A DNA stretch of 64,000 nt from Alphaproteobacteria bacterium (GTDB taxonomy: Bacteria; Pseudomonadota; Alphaproteobacteria; MPNO01; UBA830): assembly GCA_965243135.1 (NCBI GenBank), contig OZ251539.1, positions 32,001 to 96,000 on the forward strand, written 5' to 3'. Shown here piece by piece: positions 1-10,783 of the stretch; the stretch's first letter is position 1, and every line of letters begins with the position of its first letter. The position numbers and the translations under genes were made by a program. The notes below the pieces were generated by a model. The model saw only the letters and a program-made list of their open reading frames with translations. It had not been told where the DNA came from and did not search any database.

Positions 1-765
1 CGACGGCGCGTCGCCGCAGAGCGGGCACGCCGGGTCGCGCGGCAGCCTCATCTTGCGGATCGAGGTCGCGAGGGCGTCGTAGACGAGCAGCGATCCGGCC
101 AGGCTGTCGCCGATATCCATGATTTCCTTGAGCACCTCCACCGCCTGCAGCGTTCCCGCGGCGCCCGCGACGGCGCCCAGAACTCCGCCCTCCGCGCAGC
201 TCGGCACCAGTCCTTCCCGCGGCGCCTCGCGATAGAGGCAGCGATAGCACGGTTCGCCTTTTCCGCGCCCCGACCTGAAGGTCGCCACCTGTCCCTCGAA
301 GCGCAGCACGGCCGCCGACACCAATGTTCTTCCGGCAAGGTGGCAGGCGTCGTTGACGAGAAATCTCGTCTCGAAGTTGTCGCTGCCGTCCGCGACGACG
401 TCGTAGTCGCGAACGAGGGCGGCGGCATTGGCCGCGGTCAGGCGTTCCCGGTGCGCGACGAGATCGATTTCGGGGTTCACGCCGCGCACGGATTCGCGCG
501 CGCTTTCCACCTTCGGCCGGCCGACGCGATCCGTCGTGTGGATCACTTGCCGCTGCAGATTCGAAAGGTCGATCTCGTCGTCGTCCACCACCCCGATCGT
601 GCCGACTCCCGCGGCGGCGAGGTAGAGCAGCAGCGGCGCTCCCAGCCCGCCGGCGCCGACGACCAGAACGCGCGCCCGCAGAAGCCTTGCCTGACCCGCG
701 CCGCCCACCTCCGGAAGAACGATATGCCGCGCGTATCGATGCAGCTGGTCTTCGGAAAACTCCAT
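1..765 (-). CDS. moeB: Molybdopterin-synthase adenylyltransferase MoeB/ThiF family (3' end runs off window)
   Basis: Manual translation from ATG at 765: MEFSEDQLHRYARHIVLPEVGGAGQARLLRARVLVVGAGGLG...DLSNLQRQ...PCYRC...RDPACPLCG. No stop within window, so absent from the ORF track. Confidence 0.9.
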   Translation of the reverse strand, partial: MEFSEDQLHRYARHIVLPEVGGAGQARLLRARVLVVGAGGLGAPLLLYLAAAGVGTIGVVDDDEIDLSNLQRQVIHTTDRVGRPKVESARESVRGVNPEIDLVAHRERLTAANAAALVRDYDVVADGSDNFETRFLVNDACHLAGRTLVSAAVLRFEGQVATFRSGRGKGEPCYRCLYREAPREGLVPSCAEGGVLGAVAGAAGTLQAVEVLKEIMDIGDSLAGSLLVYDALATSIRKMRLPRDPACPLCGDAPS

Positions 766-809
766 CCTGGCACCCCTAACGCAGGGCCGGCCCGGCCGGC
801 TTCCCGCCG

Positions 810-1259
810 TCAGATCCCGGTCGAGCCGAACCCGCCGGCGCCGCGCGCGGTCTCCGGCAACTCGTCGACTTCCGCGAGGGTGGCGCGCGCGACCGGCGCG
901 ATCACCATCTGCGCGATGCGCATTCCGCGTTCGACTTCGAACGCGGCCTTTCCAAGGTTGATCAGGGGGACCTTCACTTCCCCCCTGTAGTCGGCGTCCA
1001 CGGTGCCCGGCGCGTTGAGGACGGTCACGCCGTGCCGGGCGGCGAGCCCGGATCGCGGCCGCACCTGCGCCTCGTAGCCGTCGGGCAGGGCGAAAGCGAG
1101 GCCGGTCGGCAACACGGCGCATTCGCCCGGCGAAAGGATGACGGGTTCTTCGACCGCGGCGGAGAGATCCATGCCCGCGGCGAGCGCGGTTCGATATTCC
1201 GGCAAAGGCATATCCAGGCCGTGCGGCAACCGGACGACGGCGATTCGCACGCCGTTCAA
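810..1259 (-). CDS. dut: dUTP diphosphatase
   Basis: C-terminal part of ORF 810..3779 has [20 protein letters not shown] and [10 protein letters not shown] motifs. TTG start overlaps the coaBC stop (TTGA). Confidence 0.95.
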   Translation of the reverse strand: MNGVRIAVVRLPHGLDMPLPEYRTALAAGMDLSAAVEEPVILSPGECAVLPTGLAFALPDGYEAQVRPRSGLAARHGVTVLNAPGTVDADYRGEVKVPLINLGKAAFEVERGMRIAQMVIAPVARATLAEVDELPETARGAGGFGSTGI

Positions 1260-2458
1260 CCTGCCGCTTCCAGGCGGCGCGAAATCCGTTCCGCCAGGCG
1301 GGCGGCCACCTCGGTCTTGCTCATTCGCGGCCAGTGTTCGACGCCCTGCGCCGACACGAGATGAATCCTGTTCGAATCGCCGCCGAACGTTCCGGCGCCG
1401 GGCGAAACGTCGTTGGCCAGGATCCAGTCGCATCGCTTGCGCGAGAGCTTGTCGGCGGCGTGTTCGACGACGTCGTTCGTTTCCGCCGCAAATCCGATCA
1501 CCAGCTCCGGCCTTCGATCGCCGGCGCCGGAGAGGGCGGCGAGGATGTCGGGATTTTCCGTCAGTTCCAGCCGGGGCGGCTTTCCGCCCGGTTCCTTCTT
1601 GATCTTCTCGACGCCGGAGTCGGTCGGGCGCCAGTCGGAGACCGCGGCGGCGCAGACGGCGATGTCCGCGGGAAGCGCCGCGACGCAGGCGTCCAGCATC
1701 TGACGCGCGGTTTCGACGCGAATCACGTCGACGCCGGCGGGCGGGGGTTCCGGCGAGGGTCCCGCGACGAGCACCGTCTCCGCGCCCATGCCGGAGAGCG
1801 CCGCCGCGATCGCGTGCCCCTGCTTGCCGGACGAGCGGTTGCCGATGTAGCGAACCGGATCGATCGCCTCGTGGGTCGGGCCGCTCGTGACGATCGCGCG
1901 GCGGCCCGACAGCGGCGCAGCGAAATACCGTTCGATTTTCGCGACGATTTCCCCGGGTTCGGCCATGCGGCCCATGCCGCGCTCGCCGCAGGCCATCGGT
2001 CCTTCCTCCGGTCCGGCGAACATGACGCCGCGGGACTGCAGAAGCGCGACGTTGGCGCGGGTTGCCGGGTGCTCCCACATCCGGACGTTCATCGCCGGCG
2101 CGGCGATCACGTCCTTGTCTGTGGCGAGCAGCACGGTCGTCGCGAGGTCGTCGGCGATGCCGCCCGCCATCTTCGCGAGCGCGTTCGCCGTCGCCGGCGC
2201 TACGACAAGGACGTCCGCTTCGCGCGACAGCCGGATATGGCCCATTTCGGCTTCGTCGGTGAGGGAAAAGAGGTCGCAATAGACCTTTTCCTCGCTGAGG
2301 GCGGACGCCGACAACGGAGTCACGAACCGGGTTGCGGCCTCGGTGAGCACGCAGCGCACGGAGGCGCCGCATTCGCGCAGGCGGCGTATCAGCTCGAGAC
2401 TCCTGTACGCGGCGATGCCGCCGGAGACGATCAGGAGAATGCGTTTGCCGTGCAGCAT
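1256..2458 (-). CDS. coaBC: Bifunctional phosphopantothenoylcysteine decarboxylase/phosphopantothenate-cysteine ligase
   Basis: [42 protein letters not shown] and GFAAET motifs; adjacent to dut. Confidence 0.97.
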   Translation of the reverse strand: MLHGKRILLIVSGGIAAYRSLELIRRLRECGASVRCVLTEAATRFVTPLSASALSEEKVYCDLFSLTDEAEMGHIRLSREADVLVVAPATANALAKMAGGIADDLATTVLLATDKDVIAAPAMNVRMWEHPATRANVALLQSRGVMFAGPEEGPMACGERGMGRMAEPGEIVAKIERYFAAPLSGRRAIVTSGPTHEAIDPVRYIGNRSSGKQGHAIAAALSGMGAETVLVAGPSPEPPPAGVDVIRVETARQMLDACVAALPADIAVCAAAVSDWRPTDSGVEKIKKEPGGKPPRLELTENPDILAALSGAGDRRPELVIGFAAETNDVVEHAADKLSRKRCDWILANDVSPGAGTFGGDSNRIHLVSAQGVEHWPRMSKTEVAARLAERISRRLEAAG

Positions 2459-2683
2459 GCGTCAGCGCCGGAGCGGTTCGCGGCGGCGATTGTCCGCCGG
2501 ATTTCGAGAAAATCGCGCGGGACGGCGGCGCGAAGCCCGCGCTCCGTTTTCCCGGCCCGTCAGCCGCGCCGCCTTCCGGCCGGGCCGAGCGGCGCGGACG
2601 GCGGCGAGGCGGACCGGACGAGATCTTCCGGGCGGCCGCGTCACGACGACGTTTCCGCTTTTCCGTCGCGGGCGGCTCCGGCG

Positions 2684-3742
2684 CTATTCCGCCGCAATTC
2701 GTTTCTCCCCGGCGCGCATCCGGCGCAGGGCGCGGCGCGCCAGAGCGACCGCCTCGTCGTGCCGCCGGAATTCCAGCCGGCGGCCCGGTTCCTGCGACAC
2801 CGCCGCCTGCTGCGCCTCGATCATGGCCTTGTCTTCGGTGAAGGCGTGGGCGATGTCGGCGTAGAACCGCTCTCCGGCGGGCGTGTCGTCGCGGCAGCGC
2901 CGGTTCGCGACCGACCAGAAATAGTGGCAACTGGTCCGGGTTTCCGGGGTCGCGTGATGAAACAGCCGCAGCGAGACGCCGCCGTCCTGGAGGCGGTTCT
3001 CCGTGGCGCCGCGCCCGGTTTCGAGCGCGCCGCCCCATTGAAGCACGGAACTCGGCGCCACGTACTCGAACTCGGACCAGCGGTCCACCTTGCCTTCGAA
3101 TCCGGCGACCTCGACGAAGGAAGGCGGCGGCGGGGAGGCCAGCATCCATCTGAGGTACTTCACGCCGTTGTCGGTCGGCGTGGTGTCGAGCGTCGCGTCG
3201 ACGTGGGACTGGGGAAATCCGCCGATGGTGGAGCCGTGGACGTAGCCGAGATGCGTCAGGTCCATCAGGTTGTCCATCACGAACATGTAGTTCGCTTCGA
3301 AACGGTAGCGGCCGTACTGAAACGGCCATTCCTCGTCCAGATCGTGAAACGGATAGTCGATGACCGCATCCCGGTCGGCGAGGGCGGGATCGCCCGTCCA
3401 GATCCACACGAAACGCTGGCGCTCGACGACCGGATAGGCGCGAACCCGATAGAGCGCGCGGTCCTCCTCTTCGCCGGGATTCCCGGCGCAGGCGCCCTCG
3501 CGGTCGAAGACCATCCCGTGATAGCCGCATTGAAGGCCGGTTTCGATCACGCTTCCGAGCCTCAGGGGCGCTCCGCGATGGCAGCACCTGTCCTCCAGTG
3601 CGCCGACCTGGCCCGAAGCGTCGCGGAAAAGAACGACGTCCCGGTCCATGATCCTGCGGGCGAGCGGCTCCGTTCCCACCTCGTGAGACCATGCCGCGAC
3701 GTACCAGGCGTTGTAAACGAGAGGTTCGATCGCATCCGTCAT
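2684..3742 (-). CDS. Rieske non-heme iron oxygenase alpha subunit (VanA/O-demethylase-like)
   Basis: Rieske CCHRG...CGYHG motif and mononuclear iron motif [13 protein letters not shown]. Confidence 0.9.
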   Translation of the reverse strand: MTDAIEPLVYNAWYVAAWSHEVGTEPLARRIMDRDVVLFRDASGQVGALEDRCCHRGAPLRLGSVIETGLQCGYHGMVFDREGACAGNPGEEEDRALYRVRAYPVVERQRFVWIWTGDPALADRDAVIDYPFHDLDEEWPFQYGRYRFEANYMFVMDNLMDLTHLGYVHGSTIGGFPQSHVDATLDTTPTDNGVKYLRWMLASPPPPSFVEVAGFEGKVDRWSEFEYVAPSSVLQWGGALETGRGATENRLQDGGVSLRLFHHATPETRTSCHYFWSVANRRCRDDTPAGERFYADIAHAFTEDKAMIEAQQAAVSQEPGRRLEFRRHDEAVALARRALRRMRAGEKRIAAE

Positions 3743-3862
3743 GACTGTTCCTTTCCCGCGAACGTCTGGATCCTGCCAACGACCGGCGCCGGATTCAAGG
3801 CTCGGAGCGGCCGGCTCATGCGGTCGCGCATTCGGACCGGCGCCGCGCTCGGGTCCGCGCGT

Positions 3863-5359
3863 TCAGAGCGCGGTCAGTCCGGCGAACGCGACGGCCGCCG
3901 CCGCCGCGACCCACAGCGGCCATGCGGGCTTGCGCCGCGGCGCGGCGGGAGCCGTCCCGGCTTTTTTTTCGAGTTCGTCCATCAGGCGCGGCAGCCGTTC
4001 CAGCCGGTCCAGAAAGGCGCCGGCGGTTTCGCGGACCCGCGCTTCCGGTCCCGCGTTGCGGCTCATCCAGTCCTCGATCAGCGGCCGCGCCAGTTCCCAC
4101 ATGTTCGCGTCGGGACAGAGTTCGCGGCCGACGCCCTCGGCGACGAGCATGGTCTTCTGCAGCAGAAGCAGTTGCGGTTGCGTCGGCATGTCGAATCGCT
4201 CCGTCACGGCGAACAGTTGGGCAAGCAGCCGCGCGAGCGAAATGCGGTTCAGCGGCAGGCCGAGAACGGGCTCCGCGATGGCGCGCGCCGCCTGCGCGAA
4301 CTCTTCGGCGGAATGGTGCGCGGGAACGTATCCGGCGCGAATATGGACGTTCGCCACGTGCGCGTAGTCTCTCGTCAGGAAGCCGTACAGCATTTCCGCG
4401 AGATAACGGCGAGTCGGGCGGTCGAGGCGGCCCATGATTCCGAAGTCGACCGCATGGACCACGCCGTCCGGATCGACGAACAGGTTTCCCGGATGGAGGT
4501 CGGCATGAAAGAATCCGTCCCGGAATACCTGCAGGAAGAACACCCTGGAGAAGTTGGCGACGACCGCGCGGGGATCGGGCGCGCCGGGCGTCGTCGGCAG
4601 GTCGTGGATCGGCGCCGCCTCGACCCAGCGCGTCGTAAGCACGCGGCGTCCGCTGCGCGACCAGTCGACTTCCGGCACGCTGAAGCCGGGTTCGTCCGCC
4701 AGGTTCTCGCGCAATTCGTCGGCGGCGGCGGCTTCCAGCCGGAGATCCATTTCGATTTCCACCGTCCGGACGATCGTGTCCGCCACGTCCAGCGGCCGCA
4801 GCCTGCGGAGGCCCGGAAAGAATTTCTCCGTCGTCCCGGCGGCCCAGCGAGCGAGTTCCAGGTCGCGCGCGAAGGCGGCCTCTACGCCCGGCCGGAGCAC
4901 CTTGACCGCGACCTCGACGCCCTCCGTCGTCACGGCCCGGTGAACCTGAGCGATCGAAGCCGCAGCGACCGCCTCGTCGTCGAAGGACGAGAATCGTTCG
5001 GACAGCCTTTCGCCAAGCTCCGCCTCCACGGCGGACCGCGCCTCCGCGCCGTCGAACGCGGGCATGCGGTCCTGCAGCGAGGAGAGGTCGTCCGCGATCT
5101 CGTTTCCGATCAGGTCGGGCCGAACCGACAACGCCTGGCCGATCTTGACGAAGGCCGGCCCGAGTTCGGTCAGCGCCGCCTTCAGCCGCTCTCCGGGGCG
5201 GGAAGCCGTTCCCGAGCGGCGAACCAGCAAGAACGCCGCCGCGCAGCGCAGCAACGGCCGGGGCGCGCCGAGGCGTTCGAGCGGAAAGAGCGCGTCGTGC
5301 CGCGCCAGCGCGCGCGCGATGACGATGGCGCGCCGAAACTGTCTCAGCCCGCCGGACAC
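3863..5359 (-). CDS. ubiB: Ubiquinone biosynthesis ABC1 kinase UbiB
   Basis: LGPAFVKIGQ, AAASIAQVH, VAVKVLRP, FFHADLHPGN and DFGIMG motifs. GTG start at 5359 inferred. Confidence 0.95.
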   Translation of the reverse strand: MSGGLRQFRRAIVIARALARHDALFPLERLGAPRPLLRCAAAFLLVRRSGTASRPGERLKAALTELGPAFVKIGQALSVRPDLIGNEIADDLSSLQDRMPAFDGAEARSAVEAELGERLSERFSSFDDEAVAAASIAQVHRAVTTEGVEVAVKVLRPGVEAAFARDLELARWAAGTTEKFFPGLRRLRPLDVADTIVRTVEIEMDLRLEAAAADELRENLADEPGFSVPEVDWSRSGRRVLTTRWVEAAPIHDLPTTPGAPDPRAVVANFSRVFFLQVFRDGFFHADLHPGNLFVDPDGVVHAVDFGIMGRLDRPTRRYLAEMLYGFLTRDYAHVANVHIRAGYVPAHHSAEEFAQAARAIAEPVLGLPLNRISLARLLAQLFAVTERFDMPTQPQLLLLQKTMLVAEGVGRELCPDANMWELARPLIEDWMSRNAGPEARVRETAGAFLDRLERLPRLMDELEKKAGTAPAAPRRKPAWPLWVAAAAAVAFAGLTAL

Positions 5360-5436
5360 GCTTCGCCGCCGGAGGTTGCGACCCCGCCCGGCGGCGCGGA
5401 GGGGCTTGGCCGTCGGAACGCCGCCCGGATCATGCC

Positions 5437-6171
5437 TCAGACGCGCCAGCCGGAGTGAATCCAGACGATGCCGCCGGTCAACGAAGTCTGGGTGACGTTG
5501 CCGAAGCCTGCCGCCCGCAGTTCCGCCGTCAGCGCGTCGGGATCCGGGAAGCGGCGGATGCTTTCGGCGAGATAGCGGTAGGCGTCGGCGTCGCCCGCGA
5601 CGCGGGCGCCCAGCCACGGGAGCGCTCGGAAGGAGTAGGCGTCGTAGAGCGGCTTGAGGGCCGGCAGCACGGCCGGGCTGAATTCGAGGCAGAGAAAGTG
5701 TCCGCCGAACGCGAGAACGCGCCGCATTTCCGCCAGCGCCGCCCGCCGCCGGGTCACGTTGCGCAGACCGAACGCGATCGTGCAGATATCGGCGCACCCG
5801 TCGCCGAACGGCAGGTCGGAGGCGTCGCCGCAGACCCGCGCCGGTCCTTCCGTTATCCCGCGGTCGAGCGCCCGGTCGAGGCCGGCTTGCAGCATGCGTT
5901 CGCTGATGTCGCAAATGGTGGCGTCGATGCCGCCGCGTTCGATGAAGCCTGCCGCGACGTCGCCCGTGCCTCCCGCGACGTCGACGAGCCGTCCGCGCGC
6001 GCCCGCTCGGTCGAGCAGCGCAGATTTCCAGAGGCGGTGAAGGCCGCCCGACATGAGATCGTTCATCAGGTCGTAGCGCCGGGCGACGCTGTCGAAGACG
6101 CCCCGGACGAGGTTCGAGTGCTCGGACCCGCCGACGCGCCGGAATCCGAACCGGTAGTCTTCCGCATCCAT
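5437..6171 (-). CDS. ubiE: Ubiquinone/menaquinone C-methyltransferase UbiE
   Basis: VFDSVARRYDLMNDLMSGGLHRLWK, DVAGGTGD, AFGLRNVT and YRYLAESIRRFP motifs. Confidence 0.96.
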   Translation of the reverse strand: MDAEDYRFGFRRVGGSEHSNLVRGVFDSVARRYDLMNDLMSGGLHRLWKSALLDRAGARGRLVDVAGGTGDVAAGFIERGGIDATICDISERMLQAGLDRALDRGITEGPARVCGDASDLPFGDGCADICTIAFGLRNVTRRRAALAEMRRVLAFGGHFLCLEFSPAVLPALKPLYDAYSFRALPWLGARVAGDADAYRYLAESIRRFPDPDALTAELRAAGFGNVTQTSLTGGIVWIHSGWRV

Positions 6172-6216
6172 GCCGGAAAGATAGCGCGGGCGCCGGTTTG
6201 TTGCTACCGTCTCGGC

Positions 6217-7059
6217 ATGCCGGAATTGCCCGAAGTCGAAACGGTTCGCCGCGGACTGGCGGCGGTCATGGAAGGGCGGCGCATCGAGCGCGTCCTCGTG
6301 CGCCGCGCGGATCTCCGGCGGCCGGTGCCGGCGGATTTCGCCGACCGCTTGCAGGGACGCACGCTGATCCGTCTGGGACGGAGGGCGAAGTATCTCGTCG
6401 GCGAGTTCGACGACGATACCGTGCTGCTCGCCCATCTCGGAATGTCGGGACGGATCGTCGTCGATTCCCCCGGCGGGCCCGCGCCGCCCGCCCGGCACGC
6501 GGCGCACGAGCACATCGTGTTCGAGGTCGGCAACGGCACGGTCGTCCGATTTTCGGATCCGCGCCGCTTCGGCCTCATGGTGCTGACCGACAGGGAGCGG
6601 TTGCCATGCCATCCGCTGATCCGGCATCTGGGGCCGGAACCCGTCGCCGAAGCGTTTACGGGGCCGGTTCTCGCCGACCGCCTGAAGCGCCGCGACGCGC
6701 CGGTGAAGTCGGCCCTGCTCGATCAGAAGGTGGTCGCCGGCATCGGCAACATCTACGCTTGCGAAGCGCTGTACGTCGCCGGCCTGTCTCCGCGGCGCAG
6801 GGCGGCGACGGTGCAGGGCGCGCGGGCGGCGAGACTGGCGGAAGCCGTCCGGCGGGTGCTTGTCGAGGCGATCGAGGCCGGCGGCTCGTCCCTGCGCGAT
6901 CATGTCGCTCCGACCGGCGAGGTCGGGTATTTCCAGCACAGCTTCAAGGTGTACGGACGCGAGGGGCAGCCTTGTCCCGGGTGCGACTGCGGGAGCGCGA
7001 TCAGGCGGACGGTCCAGGCGGGCCGGTCCACCTTTTACTGCGCGGCGCGTCAGAAATAG
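6217..7059 (+). CDS. mutM: Formamidopyrimidine-DNA glycosylase
   Basis: Starts MPELPEVE; HLGMSG, DPRRFG, GIGNIYACE motifs and C-terminal zinc-finger region. Confidence 0.97.
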   Translation: MPELPEVETVRRGLAAVMEGRRIERVLVRRADLRRPVPADFADRLQGRTLIRLGRRAKYLVGEFDDDTVLLAHLGMSGRIVVDSPGGPAPPARHAAHEHIVFEVGNGTVVRFSDPRRFGLMVLTDRERLPCHPLIRHLGPEPVAEAFTGPVLADRLKRRDAPVKSALLDQKVVAGIGNIYACEALYVAGLSPRRRAATVQGARAARLAEAVRRVLVEAIEAGGSSLRDHVAPTGEVGYFQHSFKVYGREGQPCPGCDCGSAIRRTVQAGRSTFYCAARQK

Positions 7060-8352
7060 GGCAGGCGGCCGCCGTCAAGGCGGAAGACCCGGAGCGGGTT
7101 TCGGCGCGAGAACGGCGTCCGGAATGCCGCTTTCGCCGCGCTGCGGCCCGCTCGATTCCCTGCTTCCGGTTGTCGCGATCGTCGAACCAGGGGTCCGCGT
7201 TGCGGCGTCCGTTTGCGGCAGGGAACGGCGCGGCGAGACCGTCGCCCCGCCAAACGCGACGATTCCTTCCGTTCGCTGCGGAGAACGCCGACCGGAACGT
7301 CCGAACGCAGAGCTGGACGAGCTGCCGACAGCGTTTCGCTCTCCCGGGCCGCCGGCCGTCGGCGCCGGGACGCGACTTGAGGGACTACTCGCCGCCATGC
7401 CCTCTCCGGGAGAAGCGAGAGGCCGAAGGCCGCCCCCCTGTCTTCGCTGGCCAAACCGCCCTCGCGATGGAGAGTGCCGACCCCTGCGCCGCGCTTCGGA
7501 AGAGGGGTTCTGTGTAGCCTGCAGTTCGTGGCTAATTACGCAACAAACGCTCATGGCCTGCTCACCCCGTAGCATGTAACTCTGGATATGGTTCTCTCGG
7601 CCTCGCGCCGTTGCGCCGACATAACCGTTCCGCGTTCGGGCGTCGCGGCGCGGAGACAGGGCTATACGGGGCAGCCCTCAGCGTCACGCTCCTCTCGAAC
7701 GGCAAGCGCCGCCGCGAAAAAATCTCGCGGAACGGTTTTGTGCGGCCATCGGGGTTAGTTACGCAACAACAAACGGCAGACCGCCGTAGCCAAGCCGCAG
7801 GCATGTCCGGTTCACCGGTTGGGATCAGCGCGACGCACAAAAAATAGCGTAGGATAGGCCGCACAGCGGGTCGAGTGGTGCGTTGCGTCTTGAAGGCGCT
7901 GCGGCGAGACGGACGAAGGCGCTCTTGCCCGGCATGACCGGCGCGACGCCGTACAGGCAGCGCCGGGCGTCTCCGCTGCACAGCCCCCGCAAGCGGCACG
8001 ACGAAGACATCGCCCGGGAAGCGGGGACAGGACGTCACGTCACCCTTCCTGAGCGTGTTCTCTCATGTCGGCGGCCGACCGAAGACGCGCTCCGACGGCC
8101 GCGACAGTTCCCGCGGCGGCGTTCCGGGGCTGCCGACAGGCGAGAGGCAGCCGCAGGAATCTTCCCCGCCGAAATGAATTTTCTCGCCCTCTCAAGCCTC
8201 GCTTCCCGGCGCGCGAGCGCCTGCAGGGAGACGCCGCCGGACGCGGCTTCCTCGGCCGGGCGGCTCGTCAAGCCATGCGACGAACCGGCTACCGCCGCAG
8301 GCCGGACCCGCGGCGGCGTTCTTTCGCGGAGGCGGCCGTGACGGGAAGCCGC

Positions 8353-9882
8353 TCAGGCGGCCTCGCAGTCGAAGCCGACGACGTTGCGCTCTTCGCGACT
8401 GAACTCCACCCCGATCAGGTGGACCGAACGCCCGAGACGGCGGTACTTGTCCGCGTAGCCCTTCTCCCGCAACTGCGCGAGCGCGGTCCCCTCCCGCCCG
8501 CGCTCCACCACCTTGAACTCGAACAGGTAGACGCGCCCGCCGGCGCGGATCGCCATGTCGGCGCGCCCCCGGCTGCCGCTGTCCTCGGCGACCGGCTCGA
8601 CGCCCTCCATCAGGAAGCAGCTGTGGATGACGCTTGCGTAGTGGGCCTCGTACTTCGCGACCGGGCTGCTCGCGTACCACTGGTGCGGAATGGCGGCGAA
8701 GACGCCGCGGAACAGGGTCTCGATGCGCCCGAAGTCGCTCGCTTCCAGCAGTTCGCCCAGCCGCAGGCGCGCCGTCTCCTTGCGGGCCTCGACCGGGAGC
8801 AGTTCTCCCAGCAGGGCCTCGCCCAGGCTCTGGCGCACCTCGAGGTTCGGGTAGTCCAGCCGGTAGCGCCCGTCCTCCTCGCCGGCGATGGTCAGGTAGC
8901 CGGTCTGGAACAGAAGCGCCTCGACCGAGATATTGTCCACGTCGAAGGCAGAGAGCAGGCTCTCGCTGCCGGCCATGCCGTCCAGGTCGGGAGTGGGCAG
9001 GTCGCGGCGCGTCAGCGTCTCGATCAGGAAGGTCGGCGTGCCGCTATGGAACCAGTAGTTGCCGAACTTGCGTTTGTCGAACAGCAGCAGGAGGCCGAAC
9101 GGGTTGTAGACCCTCTCCGGTCCGAGCCAGTTGTAGCCGTTGTACCAGCGGCGGATCTCGTCCCGGTCCAGGCCCTCGAGTTCCGGGGCGAAGACCGCGT
9201 CCAGTTCCGCGTCCGTGCAGCCGCAGATGGCGCCGTAGCGCTCGTCCAGCGTGATGTCGTTCAGGTTGTTCAGGCCCGAGAACAGACCCGATAACTTGCT
9301 CACCCCCGTCAGGAAAACGAAACGAAGCTGCTCGTCGCACTCCTTGATCATCGCGTAGAAGCCGCGCAGGAAGTCGCGATTGGCCAGCGCCAGTTCCCGG
9401 TTGCCGAGCGCATCCAGAATCGGCTTGTCGTATTCGTCGACCAGAACGACCGTCCGCTGCCCGGTGCGTTCGTGCAGCGTCCTTATCAGGCGCCGGAAAC
9501 GGACCGCCGCCCCGGCGGGACCCGGTTCGAGGCCGGCCAGCCGCTCCGTTTCCTCCAACTGGTCTTCCACGTTTCCCCGAACGAGGTCCGGGGAGTCGAA
9601 ATTGCCCCCGCCGAAGCTGATCCGCACGACCGGATGGCGCGTCGACCAGTCCCACTTGCCGTGCACGGCGAGGCCCCGGAACAATTCCTCGCTTCCCTCG
9701 AACAGCTTCTGCAGCGTGTCCACCAGGAGGGTCTTGCCGAACCGGCGCGGACGCGACAGGAAATAGTACTTGCCCCTCTCGACGAGGCGGCGCGCATGGT
9801 CCGTCTTGTCGACGTAGTAGCAGTCCATCCCCCGGATCTCCCGGAGGGAGGAAAAGCCGATCGGAAGCATGCGTTGCGTCAT
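8353..9882 (-). CDS. AAA-ATPase-like domain + C-terminal PD-(D/E)XK nuclease protein (paralogue 1)
   Basis: YYVDKT, SRPRRFGKT (Walker A), LVDEYDKP (Walker B), QTGYLTI, YPNLEVR and GRADMAI...LFEFK nuclease motif. Confidence 0.9.
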   Translation of the reverse strand: MTQRMLPIGFSSLREIRGMDCYYVDKTDHARRLVERGKYYFLSRPRRFGKTLLVDTLQKLFEGSEELFRGLAVHGKWDWSTRHPVVRISFGGGNFDSPDLVRGNVEDQLEETERLAGLEPGPAGAAVRFRRLIRTLHERTGQRTVVLVDEYDKPILDALGNRELALANRDFLRGFYAMIKECDEQLRFVFLTGVSKLSGLFSGLNNLNDITLDERYGAICGCTDAELDAVFAPELEGLDRDEIRRWYNGYNWLGPERVYNPFGLLLLFDKRKFGNYWFHSGTPTFLIETLTRRDLPTPDLDGMAGSESLLSAFDVDNISVEALLFQTGYLTIAGEEDGRYRLDYPNLEVRQSLGEALLGELLPVEARKETARLRLGELLEASDFGRIETLFRGVFAAIPHQWYASSPVAKYEAHYASVIHSCFLMEGVEPVAEDSGSRGRADMAIRAGGRVYLFEFKVVERGREGTALAQLREKGYADKYRRLGRSVHLIGVEFSREERNVVGFDCEAA

Positions 9883-9888
9883 TCGAAG

Positions 9889-9917
9889 AGGGTAGGCCGC
9901 CGCGCCGGAGCCGTCAA
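9889..9917 (-). promoter_or_regulatory. Putative sigma70 promoter (TTGACG-N17-TACCCT), leaderless arrangement
   Basis: -35 at 9917-9912, -10 at 9894-9889, ATG only 6 nt after the -10, no SD. Same layout at the paralogue. Confidence 0.6.
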
Positions 9918-10047
9918 GAAGTCGGCGGCGGCAGGCGCGTCCCCTGGCGCGGCAAGCAGCCGGCAGTTTTCGCAGCGGTACGGCGGGGAAAAGCGCGGGG
10001 GCGAGCGAACCTGTCGCTCCGCGGAAGCCCGCCCGCAGTAGGCGACC

Positions 10048-10300
10048 ATGGTTGCAAGCACGTTCGACGCGCTCAACGCGCGGCCAGGAGGCCGCGGGCG
10101 GAAGCGAACGCCGACGGCCGGCGCCGCCAGCAAAGGCGACGCGAGTCGACAACGACGCCGGCTTCGCGAGCCTCGACGGCAAGGTCGACGTCCTCGCCGC
10201 GGAAACCAGGGCCGGCGCAACGCGACGGCAAGCGCTCTCCACCGCTTCGCCATGGCTCAACACCACGGTGCGACACCTCCTTCCTCAGTTCCTGTCGCTG
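10048..10300 (+). pseudogene. Possible decayed DUF1640/CCDC90-like coiled-coil protein
   Basis: Fragments MVASTFDALNAR / ...AGFASLDGKVDVLAAETRAG in different frames resemble the 'FDTL..ARRL...ATKADL' family. Frameshifted. Confidence 0.3.
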
Positions 10301-10748
10301 TTCCGTCCGCCGCCACCTCCTTGGTCTGGAAGCGTTCCAAGAGATCATTTGGTACATGGACCGGACATATCATCTGTTACTGACACGGACTCCGCCTTCT
10401 CCTTGAGCCGCGTGCGCTGTTCGTAACGTCTTGAATTGCGGACAGATTTCCGGGGTGCGGAAATTTTTTACCCCGATTGGGGTACGGAAAACTGCGAATT
10501 CTCCGCGCCGAGGTCGTGATTGTCGCAGATTCCACCCCACGGCCGGCCGGGTGCCGCCCCTGGCCGCCTGCGTTCAGGCTACGGCCCGGCTTGCACCGGG
10601 TTTGCGGCGCGGCAACACTCGCCTTTTGTTCTGAAGACTGAGCACCCGCGAGGCCCTTGCGGGCCGCTGGCGAGCGGGCGGAGCGGTTCGCGGGGTGCCG
10701 GCCGGGCGGCAGGCCGACAAAAAAATGGCACAGCGCAAACGGCTTTCC

Positions 10749-10777
10749 TTGACGGCTCCGGCATGGCGGCCTACCCT
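10749..10777 (+). promoter_or_regulatory. Putative sigma70 promoter (TTGACG-N17-TACCCT), leaderless arrangement
   Basis: TTGACG 10749-10754, TACCCT 10772-10777, ATG at 10784. Confidence 0.6.
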
Positions 10778-10783
10778 CTTCGA

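Noticed and set aside
810-3779. 989-aa apparent dUTPase fusion
   Set aside because: Only the last ~149 aa are dUTPase. The rest overlaps coaBC and the Rieske gene in another frame.
1334-5458. Very long ORFs such as 1334..5458 (+), 16780..19896 (-), 10574..12403 (-) and 60990..63545 (-)
   Set aside because: Antisense shadow ORFs of real genes in high-GC DNA, Arg/Ala/Gly-rich with no motifs.
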